Source: Cyanophora paradoxa CCMP329 | Lineage: Eukaryota; Plantae; Glaucophyta | DNA: 64,000 nucleotides | Assembly (NCBI GenBank): GCA_004431415.1 | Contig: QPMI01000092.1 | Span: 77,656-141,655, forward strand | Reading direction: 5' to 3' | Part shown: piece after piece, positions 39,982 through 50,700 of the stretch | Numbering within the stretch: position 1 is the first letter of the stretch | Layout of the letters: each line of letters starts with the position of its first letter | The notes under the pieces: model-generated | Seen by the model: only the letters and a program-made list of their open reading frames with translations | What the model was told of the DNA's origin: nothing | The model's database searches: none | Translations under genes and position numbers: made by a program

Positions 39982-40311
39982 GGGAATTTCTAGTGCGGTG
40001 TCAGCCAAGATGGCCTCTCAGTGGACACTAGAATGCCTAAGCTCATACCCTAAAGTGAATTCACAATCAGCCTCAAAGGCTCTCCCGTTAGCTACCTCCT
40101 CGAAGCTAAATCGAAATTTATTTTTCAACCCCGAAGGTACCCCCGCACACGCCCTCCGGCACGTAATAGCAGAGGGAAACGTGTAAAACGATTTTGGTAC
40201 ACGCACGGCAAAATCAGATCGATCTAGATAGGGGAAGACGCTAAATACCCATGGAACCGCGGCCCGGAGCGAAGCGAAGTGGCCGTAAGCGGGGTCCATG
40301 GGTGTACAACA
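39982..40311 (-). repeat. Right terminal inverted repeat (330 bp)
   Basis: Ends ...gggtgtacaaca; reverse complement of the left end. Confidence 0.95.
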
Positions 40312-40317
40312 ATCGTA
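40312..40317 (+). repeat. Right target-site duplication ATCGTA
   Basis: Identical to 14931-14936. Confidence 0.95.
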
Positions 40318-42363
40318 GACTCGACGTCGTAGCCACGGAGGTACGTGCGGAGTGTGCTCTCAACGTAATTGACAGCGGCCGTTCGTCGGTTGGGGCGCAT
40401 GAATGTTGGGCTGCGGTTCTGCGCGTCGGTGAAGGACGTCTTGACACGGTTCAGGAGGGACTCGACGACAGCAGCTCCTGGGAGCGTCAGCGTTGTCGTA
40501 GGTGCAGGCGGCGCGTCGGTTGTGTCCATGGCGCCGTCGGTGAAAGTGAAGACACGACGGGCGCACAGAGCGTTGACGATTGCCTGAACCGTAGTGTCAA
40601 CATCGAATGCCTCGAGCTCCTTACGCAGTACACTCGTGACGTGGTTGGCCGCAGCCTGCCGCGTGCGAGGCGGCGGGGCGCCCGTGTTCGTGATGGCCAT
40701 CGCTGCCATTTCAACCAAGTGTAACAGCTGCTCGCCCTCAGCGCCCCGGTAGGGCCGGCGAAGCTGCTCGTTGGTGTTCGAGATGTTAGTGTTAATTGCC
40801 GCGATAGTCGTCGTCTCACGGGCGATTGCGATCCACGTGCGCAACGTTGTCACGTCATCCTCAGTGGCCGTGTCTGCAATGATGCGTGTGACGGCCGCAT
40901 TCAGACGCTTGTGCTCACTGTGGCCTTTCGGGTTGATGAGCGGGCGGGTCGCCAGCAAGTGCCAATGCGGGTGGCTGTGGTGAGCGTGAGTGCCGTCAGC
41001 GCACGGGATGCCGGGGTTCACGTCGAGCGCCGGCGGGATCGGGAACCGCCCGTTCTTCGCGTGTCCGGAGATGTCGCGGGCGATCACAAAGAACTCCGTC
41101 TCCCTGGTCGGGTCACGAACGGGGTGCGACGTAGGGAGGCTTTCAAGCGCAGCGATGAGCGCGGAGTGAGCAGTACGAAGTCCGTCATTGGGCGCGTCAC
41201 GACGGTGTGCCGAGGGAATGGGGCGGGCAACAAGGGTACCATTCTCCTGGCGGCCGACGACATGGGGTGGCAGTCAGCACACGTCTCGTTGGCGAAAGAC
41301 AGGTCCCGACGGCGAGGCATGTGCGCATCCTCCGTGAATACCGCGGTACGGTAATTGGAGGCCTGCGTGAAGACGGGGTACATGTTGTCGTGGGGCTTGG
41401 GAAGCGGTGCGCGCGCGCCTCCTCCGAGTCGCCTTCCGCATCGATAGCGTTGCGGACGCGAGCCCAGCAGACACCGGGGCCCTTCGGCTCGAGGTACGTC
41501 GTGAGCATCTGGAGGGCGGGGCAGTAAAGGATGGTACGCGCGTGGATCTGGCGCTGGTCGCTCGAAGGGATGCCATCACGAAGCCAGTCAGTGCACTGGA
41601 TGCCGTCGACGTGCATGCGGTTGTTAACACGGCGAGTGTGCATGTTGTAAGCAACGTTGTCGAGCCAGTCAGTGCAAAGGGGTACCAAGGACTCGCAGCC
41701 CTCGACCGCCGGTAGCGAGTCGATTTCGGGCATCTTGGCGGGCGGGGCCTTGTAGTTCGGGGTCGGCCGCCCACTTCCCTTCGAGACGTTCCCCTCCTGC
41801 TGCGAGGTGGCTGCGGGGGAGTCGGTGCTCGATTTGGAGGTTAGCGGGCCGAGTGCAGTGTCCATCGGCGACTCTGTGACGGGGTCCCCCAGGGCGCAGT
41901 ACGTCCGGGTCTTCGGCTCCCGCACAGAGTCAGCGTCGGAGTTCGTGCTCTTCGCCGAGGGGGCGGCCGCGAAGGTGAGCGACCTCGTGACTGCGACGCG
42001 GGCGACGGGATTGATGGCGTTCGGGCGCGGGCGGTGCATACGGCCAAAGTTTCGAGTGAAGAGCGGGGTTTTCTTGGACGTGACGGGAGCCAAGGCGGCG
42101 GACATGCGAGTGTGGTCGTGCCGGCGGAGGCCAGCGTTGATGAGGTCGCGGATACTGCCGGCAGTGACGCCCCGCCGGGGCTGCGCACACCGAATTGGAA
42201 CACGGGACTCGGCCGCAGTACGGCTTCCCGTTTCCATCTCTGTCGACAAGTCAGACGGGGCCGGCGACGACGGGCCGGTCGCGTGAGTCGACGAGGGGAC
42301 GGCGACGCGGGTTCAGCGACGGGGATGGCGACGGGGACGGGGCCGTCCTCTCCGCCGCCGACG

Positions 42364-44894
42364 TTACCGGCTGCGTCGCCGTCGTGGCGTTGACGTCCCG
42401 AACGAAGTGCGCGATGTCCGATGCCGAGGGCTGCGTCGGCGTGATCGGGACAGTTTGCACCGGAGCGATCGGTACCATGGCCAGGCTGTCCGTCGTAGCC
42501 TCGGTCTCCCGGCCCGAGTCAGGACCACCGGACTGCACGGCGTCTCCGTGGTCAGTCGGGCGAGGGTTCGGGGCGGCGCGTTAGCGATGGGGCCGGTCGG
42601 GCGCGGAGACGGCGCGTCAGCAACGGAGCCAGTCGGGCGCGAAGGCAGCGCGTCAGTGACGGGGCCAGCCGGGCGCGAAGACGGCGCGTCAACAACGGGG
42701 CCAGTCGGGCGCGAAGACGGCGCGTCAACAACGGGGCCAGTCGGGCGCTGCATCGGGGCGGGATTGCCGAGGAGGGTGGCGTTAGATCCCGTCCCGCCTT
42801 GGCCGCCGCCTCCACCGCCGCTCTGGTAGCCGCCCCTGCCACCGCCGCGATGGCCACCACGGTGCCCGCCGCCTCCTGCGCCGCCAGCACCACCATCGGG
42901 GCCACGCTTCGGGGACGGACCGTGTGGGGGACCGCCGTCGTGCTGGCGCTTGCCACTGGGGCAGCGGTTCTGCGTGTGACCCTCCCCTCCGCAGTTGTAG
43001 CAGCGCACCGGCTTCGTGCACGCCGACGCGTGGTGGCCGTGCTCGCCGCAGTTCCTGCAAGGGGCGGTTTGTAGCTGCGCCGGAGCGACGGGTACAGAGT
43101 TCGACGGCGGGGGGACCGCGTTGTAGGACGGTGCCTGCGGGCCGCCAGGGATGAGGCCGCAGAGGCGGGCCGCAGCCAGGACCTCGGGGTCTTGGCAGCC
43201 TTGGTTGACGAATTTGAGTAGTTCCCGACGGTACGGGTGAGAGCAACACTCGTGGTAGTCGTCAGAGTAGTGATGGATGTCCGCGGCTCCCAACGACCGA
43301 CAACGTGTGCAAATGTGATCGTTGGTGCCGGGCCTCACCCTCGGGCGCGCGTCGCGCGGGTAGCCCTGGCTCGTACGGATCGCCGTGACCGTCTGCGTAC
43401 GGGCGTAATCGTAGGGGCGGCCGATGGGCGGGCGATTGCCGTAGTCCTTCCCGGGCACCGGTGCGTGCCAGTCGCAGCAGCCGGGACGGGCTTGTGGCCC
43501 GGCGCCGGCTGCTGGGGCGCGGGGAGGGCGGATTGGTAGATCGGATTGGTTGTCGGCGGGGTCGACGGCGTCGTGTGGACGAGATTGACCGAAGAGCCGA
43601 GTAACTGCGAGTGCGGGGCCGAGGGCGCAGGGGACGACGAAGGCGGTGGGGTGTACGGAGTGCCGCTGTACGGCGCCGTGTACCCGTCGTCGCCATCGTT
43701 GTCGTAATCGTACCCGTCGACGTTCGCCGCGTTGATGCTGGCGCCCTTCTTCGAATTCCCAGTAGGAATCGAGGGCTCCCCAGCAGTCGTCGTCACAATC
43801 AGAAAGCCCGCCTCCCGAATGAGCGACTGCGCACGAGTGCAGAAGAGGTTAAACCAGGTCTCCTTGTCCTTGGGAGTCATCCCATCGGTCGGCGACAGGT
43901 CCTGCGCCATCGTCTTCAGCTTCGGCAGTAGATTCAGCGCCAGGTCGTAATTGGCCTTGCGCTGCTGCTCGTACGGGAGGCCGGAGTACAGGCCGTGGTG
44001 TAGCGTCTTGCGCTCCGTGATCTGCTGCTCGAGCGTGTCATAGACGTCCAGCGCCTGCACAGTGTGGCCCGTCTTGTCACGCGGCAGGTCAGTGAACGCG
44101 ATGAGGTCACAGATGTTGGCGAAAATACGGTCCAGTTGAGTGCCATCGTACGCCGCGATGAGCTCCTCCTTGAGACGCTTGCGCTCAGCGGGGTCAATCA
44201 TGCGAACGAGGCTCTTAATGTACGAGGGGACGCCGCGAATAATGTCCGAGGGCATCTCAGCCCGGAGTTTGTCGACGACGGCCTGTCGCGTCTGGACGGC
44301 CTTCTGCGCCGCCTCCTTGGCCGCCTCCTCCGTAGCCGTCGCGAGTGTCGCCTTCGCCTTCGTGAGCTCGCTCTCTGCGTCGACGAGGTTTTCGACGAGA
44401 GACCGGTGCAACTCGACCGTCGAACGGTAGACTTCCGTTAGTCCGCCGGCAGCGAACGGACACCGAAATCGACGGCGTGGTACGCCGCCTGCGAACCGTC
44501 GTCCAGCAGGGAGTACTTCTTGTCTCCGCGAGTAGCCGAACGGATGGCGTTGTGATGTTGGAAGACGCCGTTGGGCGAGACGGGAATCCCGGTGGTGTGG
44601 CCCATCTTGCCGTCCTCCATCTTGATCGCCTGCGGCGGCTCCGCGCCCATGACCCGCCGGCGCGCGATCTCCTCGGCGTGCGCCGCTGCGACTCGGGCCG
44701 TGCGGTTGAGCATTGTCAGTTGGCCGGGGGAAGGTCGGGCCATCTCGCCGGAAGTCATGCCTTCGCGCTCCATCACGCGGTCGTTCGACGTAGACGTTGC
44801 CGTCGGGCCGCGACCGCAGTACGGTACGCGAGCTGGCCCGTGACCGTCGTTCGAGTCGGACCGCCGCAACCGATCCCCGATGCGCGCGCGGCAC
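42364..44894 (-). CDS. Gag-like nucleic-acid-binding protein (frameshifted fragments) with coiled coil, two CX2CX4HX4C zinc knuckles and an RGG-rich segment
   Basis: CRNCGEHGHHASAC and CYNCGGEGHTQNRC (42961-43059), followed by GGHRGGHRGGGRGG. Confidence 0.7.
42585..42750. repeat. 36-bp coding tandem repeat (~4-5 units; RPTGPVVDAPSS)
   Basis: gggccagtcgggcgcgaagacggcgcgtcaacaac repeated with variants. Confidence 0.8.
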
Positions 44895-45614
44895 GAACGA
44901 TGAGCCAGGGAGCTAGCCGATGCCGCGGTACGGCGGGCTGCTCCCCAACTGCGCGAGTGAGCGGCGGAGGCGCGTCCGAAGCTTCGAGAAGGGAAGCGTC
45001 GGCGGCGAGGCGGGTCAGCGGAGTGCGTCCGCCAGTAGCGGTGCTCTCCGAAAGCGTCAAGCGTTCGTCTCCTCGTAGTCCAGCGGGTTCACGCTCGCGG
45101 CCAACGGACGTGCGCAGCAAGTCCGTCAGCTGGCGTGCGCTGGTCCCGGCGAGGATGTTTTAGGAGGTTTTATACGTCCCAGTAGACCTTAGCAACCTTC
45201 CCGTAGCGTACCAGCAGCAGGCGAGCAGGCTGTCACGTTGCAAGAGAAAGCTGCTAATCACAGACTACTGTGTACCCTAGGACACGGCTACCGGAAAGTA
45301 TCAAGCTAGAGTCAGAAAAAGTAGCTAGGGTCGCATCTTCGTACAGGGGTACAGTGACTCAGGAAATCGCGAGAAGCCGCGGGTCAAGTCACGGTACTAC
45401 TGCGAACGAAGTGCAAACGAAGCACTAACGGCTAGGAAACCCTATCGGCAACAATGTCTCCTGAGTGATCCTCGCGCGCCCAGTTGCATGCAGCGCTCAG
45501 GGCACAGAATATAAGTCATTTACATGCTTTTGAAACAAAATATAGGCTAAATAGAGCGCTCGCGGGCCTCTGAGGCGAGAAAGCAAAGCTACACTAAGCT
45601 ACGTGGCTAAGCTG

Positions 45615-47078
45615 CGGCGTCGGCCGCATCCTGGCGTCGTCCCCTCGCGTCCTGGCGGCGGCGCCGCGCGGCCTCCTGCGGCGGGGCGCGCGGCGGGCGG
45701 GCGGGGGGCGCGGGCGGGGCTGCACGGGCGGGCTCGGCGTGGGCTGGAGGCGTCGGCGGCGTCGCGGCGTAGTCCCCTCGCGTCCGGGGCGCCCGCGGCG
45801 GCGCCGCGCGGGCTCCTGCGGCGGCGGACGCGGCGGGCGGGCGGGGGCGCGGGCGGGGCCGCACGGGCGGGCTCGGCGTGGGCTGGAGGCGTCGGCGGCG
45901 TCGCGGCGTCGTCCCCTCGCGTCCGATGAGCTCGGGGGCGGCCCGGCGCGGGCTCCTGCGGCGGCGGACGCGGCAGGCGGGCGGGGAGCGCGGGCGGGGC
46001 TGCACGGGCGGGCTCGGCGTCCGCTGGCGGTGTCGGCGGCGTCCTGGCGTCGTCTCCTCGCATCCGAGGCGCTCGAGGGCGGCCCGGCGCAGGCTCCTGC
46101 GGCGGGGCGCGCGGCGGGCGGGCGGGGGCGCGGGCGGGGCTGCACGGGCGGGCTCGGCGTGGGCTGGAGGCGTCGGCGGCGTCGCGGCGTCGTCCCTCGC
46201 GTCCGGGGCGCCCGGCGGCGGCGCCGCGCGGGCTCCTGCGGCGGCGGACGCGGCAGGCGGGCGGGGAGCGCGGGCGGGGCTGCACGGGCGGGCTCGGCGT
46301 CCGCTGGCGGTGTCGGCGGCGTCCTGGCGTCGTCTCCTCGCATCCTGGCGGCGGCGCCGCGCGGCCTCCTGCGGCGGGGCGCGCTGCGGGCGGGCGGGGA
46401 GCGCGGGCGGGGCCGCACGGGCGGGCTCGGCGTGGGCTGGAGGCGTCGGCGGCGTCGCGGCGTCGTCCCCTCGCGTCCGATGAGCTCGGGGGCGGCCCGG
46501 CGCGGGCTCCTGCGGCGGCGGACGCGGCAGGCGGGCGGGGAGCGCGGGCGGGGCTGCACGGGCGGGCTCGGCGTCCGCTGGCGGTGTCGGCGGCGTCCTG
46601 GCGTCGTCTCCTCGCATCCGAGGCGCTCGAGGGCGGCCCGGCGCAGGCTCCTGCGGCGGGGCGCGCGGCGGGCGGGCGGGGGGCGCGGGCGGGGCCGCAC
46701 GGGCGGGCTCGGCGTGGGCTGGAGGCGTCGGCGGCGTCGCGGCGTCGTCCCCTCGCGTCCGGGGCGCCCGGCGGCGGCGCCGCGCGGGCTCCTGCGGCGG
46801 CGGACGTGGCAGGCGGGCGGGAGCGCGGGCGGGGCTGCACGGGCGGGCTCGGCGTCCGCTGGCGGTGTCGGCGGTGTCGCGGCGTCGTCCCCTCGCGTCC
46901 GATGAGCTCGGGGGCGGCCCGGCGCGGGCTCCTGCGGCGGGGCGCGCTGCGGGCGGGCGGGGAGCGCGGGCGGGGCTGCACGGGCGGGTTTGGCGTCCGC
47001 TGGCGGTGTCGGCGGCGTCGCTGTGTCTTCCCCTCGCGTCCGAGGCGCTCGGGGGCGGCCCAGCGCGGGCTCCTGCGG
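45615..47078. repeat. Extremely GC-rich minisatellite, ~10 units of ~133-141 bp
   Basis: Anchor gcacgggcggg recurs at ~45722, 45861, 46002, 46142, 46282, 46415, 46556, 46697, 46837, 46978. Confidence 0.9.
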
Positions 47079-47799
47079 TTCTGGACAGCGGCACGCCGCG
47101 CCAGCGAGTGCGGACGTGTTCTGCGAGCGCAAATGATGCTCTTAGTTGTGCAGAACGCTGCTCTGGGTGCCGGCGTCGCACCACGCTCGCCCCCGCGAAG
47201 CGCCCCGCGCTCTCCCGAGGACACTGCGGCCGCGGTCAGCGGAGGTGCCGCCAGCGGACCGCAAACGCATGTTGGGCATTGTATAGGCGCAGAAGCATGT
47301 ATGTGGCACCTTCGGAAGCGATACAGCGGCACCGGGAGCGACGGATCGCCCGCAGTCACCGAAGCCGCGCAGGTCGGCCGTTCGCAAGGCGCGGAGCGTC
47401 CGCGGTGCTGGCTGTAGCTAGCTACGTGCCGGCTGGAACATATAGGACGTGCTGCCAGCGGCCAGACTAGGCCAGGCTCGCCGCGCGGGGCGTGCGACCG
47501 CGCGGAAGGCAGGGTGTCGGGTTGGTCGGCGGCGCGGGCGCCGGGGAGCTAGCCAGCGCGCCCAGCTACCCGCCTAGTGCTTCCGATACGTGCCCTGCGC
47601 TCTCCTGGCGCGGCGCTGCTACAGTCCGGGCCAGCTGCTTAACAGTTCCTGTACGCCCCCCGAGTAGCTCGGTTTCGCCGCAGGATAATGGATTTCCGAG
47701 TCGGCCATTTTGGGGTATACAAGGGCCTCACACGCAGAGCGCCACGTGCACCTGCACATGGAGCTCTAGTGCCCCGTTCAGCACCAGATCTCCAGCTGG

Positions 47800-50700
47800 G
47801 TATCCATGGCCAGTCCACGTCCGCATCTTTTTCATCGTATTCGTATGTCTGGCGGCGTGTCGAACTCGAACAGCGGACGCCGCCCTGAACGGTGAGCTCG
47901 CGATCGCCGTGGCCGGCGTCCGACGGGCGTCTCTCCCTGCGCGCTCTGGCGCTCCCGAGAGCGGGCCATGGCTCACGTCTCTCACCATGGGCACTGCGGC
48001 ACACGTGCACCCTCGTTTCAGGTATCCGAGTCAGCCTCGCCGACGGGGCACAGGTCCGCGCACGCATTTGCATGAGAGTTCTCCAAGTTCACCTCTTGTG
48101 CTAAAAATGAAACAGGAAATACTATTCGCTGCACCACTTGCGGGTTGGGGCATCGGTGCACGCGGCGCAACGCACAGGATTGGAGTCATCGGCAAGAACA
48201 TGTCGCAGCAGGTGAATATTAATGTTTGGTTCATTCATCTTTATGCGGAAAATTTCTCATGTGCATGTGGTGGCGCAGTTATTCTACGCCGATATCGATC
48301 TCGACAGGAACACGTACAATATCTACCGCTTCCTGCCCTCGGTTGCCTTTTTTATTTACAGCTGGCAATATAACGGCCTCATGTGCGTCGACATTTAAAT
48401 AAACTCTTCTTATTTTCGCAGCTTGGGCCCGCGGCTCAGACCGAGTACTTGACTTCGAACCCCGTCGTCGAGTTTTCCTTCTCGAGCTACACGCCGTTCC
48501 CCGGCCACGTACGCGCACGTCTACCGTATCAAAACTATCTTTTGTAATTTCGCGTGCCGATCTGTCAATCCTGCTCACAGGATCTCGATGGGCGGTCGTA
48601 TGTGTACCCTGGAGACCTGAGCTTTTTCCAGGTCCGAATGCCAGGGCCAGCTGATCATGAGCATGCCGCAAGTACATGTGCTCCCTTCTAGCTATAGATC
48701 TTTAATTAATTTTGCTCTTTCTTTCGCCAACGACGGGCCTCGAGCGCCTTTAATTTACGCGCGTGTGCAAGCAGAACAATTGGGCGGGGACCGGCGGGCT
48801 CGAGAGCCAGATCCCCCAGGAGCTCATCGGGTCGGCTGGCTTGAATATGAATCCGTTGGTCGCAATGGCCAAAGAGTCGTTGTACACGAGGACGTGCTGG
48901 AACACGGGTACCTGCCCTACATTGGCTGTGCGCACGCGCGCAATTGTAGCACCATGATCAGAGCGACAATTGCAAGCTCTCGCTCAATACTCGTGTTTCC
49001 TTTGAATTCATCCGGCAGCCGTACATGTGGGCGAGCTATGCTTACTCGGCCAGTAAATGCGCGAGTTCGGTGCGCGCGGCGTGCGCGTGCGTGGCAAGCT
49101 TTAGAGCGCAGTGCTTACGTTTGTGCGCGGCTCCGATGCCCACACGTGCACTTTCTTGCAGCCGAAATACGGTCTGCTGGAGAGCTGGCCCAGCACACAT
49201 TGCCCTGGTGCGGCTTTGAATAAATATTCGTTGACTTGTTTGAAAGTAAAATACCCCTGCAAATGGCTCACTAGCAATATCGTCGCCAGGGGCCGACCCA
49301 TACGACTTCATTGCTGCCGGACGCAACTTCACTGTGGATCCCCGGTTCGGTTCCCGCGCGCCGCCTTCGTCTACACACACCAGTCGGATGGCTAACGTTG
49401 ATTTAAATTTATCTCGTGGTTCACGCAGGTGGTTTCGAACGAAATTCGAGCACACCCAGTTCAACCACGTACGCGCGTCTCTAGCTATAGGACGCGCTGC
49501 GCATTGCCTCGACGAATTACAATTAATTATTATATAAACCGAGTGAACGTGCACGCAGATGACGGAACTTGTGAACTCGGCGTTCTCCACGCCATCCCCG
49601 CTACTGTGAGCTTGCGCTTCCCGCTACTACGGAATCGAATGCTCCTAAATCGATCCCACGATATCGATTTGACTCACTTTAATGCCAACGCGCTGCGTTT
49701 ATATATACCCCCCGCGCCGCGCGTGCGCACCCATACTTCGACGCAGGCAAGCAGCTATCGGCATGATCGGCTCGGTCTTCCTGTTTAGTTCTAGGGTGCG
49801 TTGGCATCTCTAGATCTTGAATCCCGGCATAAACGACGGATTCGAATCCAAAAGCGTACGCGTGCAGACTGGGGGCCTGTTCCAGCTCCACGTGCGCGAG
49901 TCCGGGTAGCCCTTGTACCTGTCCCATCCGCTCGCTGATTCCAGCGCACGCTTTAGGCCGAGCGCCTGTACTACTGGATGCTGTCCGGGACAACGGACCG
50001 GCTCGCCGATGCGCCGAGCCGCAGCTTGTACAGACTCAACCTGCAATCAGGCATCGATGCGAATGGTGGCTCATTCACAACGCTGGGGTGTTCAGCATTT
50101 AGTGGCGCCTCCTCCGAAACTTCGATCGAACTCGTCGACGAACTTGGCATGATCAACCAGTTCGCTGGAGGGTGCGCGCCCGCGCGGTGGACGTCGACGC
50201 CGATGTCTCTTCGCCGATGTCTCTCTCTTCGCCGATGTCTTTAATTTAATTCGCGCAGAATAATGCTGGACCAGCAGCACTTCGTTTTCCAACATCGGTG
50301 ATTGTTGAAATACATAGATTTGACGTTGATGCTCTGACGCGCGCCTACAGAGGCACGGCCTTCTTCGCTTCGTACATGCTTCAGCCGGTGCCCGCACTTC
50401 GTTCAATGCCTTCATGATCAAGTATACATGGGGCCAACTGCTGCGCAGTGGGGCTACCTGCACGCGAGCCTTCGCCTGTGTCGCGTCGGTGGGAACGTCG
50501 ATTTGCCGCTGGACCTGCGGCTGCCGCTCAAGGCAGGCATGACCAACGATGGTGTCGCGGTCTACCTGATGGAAGGGTCCGCCTCTGAATATCGCGCTGC
50601 GACCATTGCGCAGAATCGAACTTAAATTTCGAACTCGCCGCACCCGTGCGCCTCCGCAGGTTTCCGGGAAATTTCGGCACGCAGGGCCTGGAACCCTACC

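Larger units (their letters stand above)
14937..40311. mobile_element. Complete endogenous Polinton/Maverick-like virus, 25,375 bp (copy B)
   Basis: TIRs, TG...CA ends, 6-bp TSD, pPolB, rve integrase, packaging ATPase, MCP and penton genes; lower GC than the flanks. Confidence 0.96.
40318..45600 (-). mobile_element. Upstream (5') part of the GC-rich retroelement-like element, including Gag-like region and ~450-bp non-coding leader; outer boundary approximate
   Basis: Minus-strand ORF chain with coiled coil and two CCHC knuckles; continues in frame into 14930 downward. Confidence 0.6.

Noticed and set aside
45594-47417. 500-aa ORFs in several frames
   Set aside because: Stop-free because of the GC-extreme tandem repeat; translations are low-complexity.
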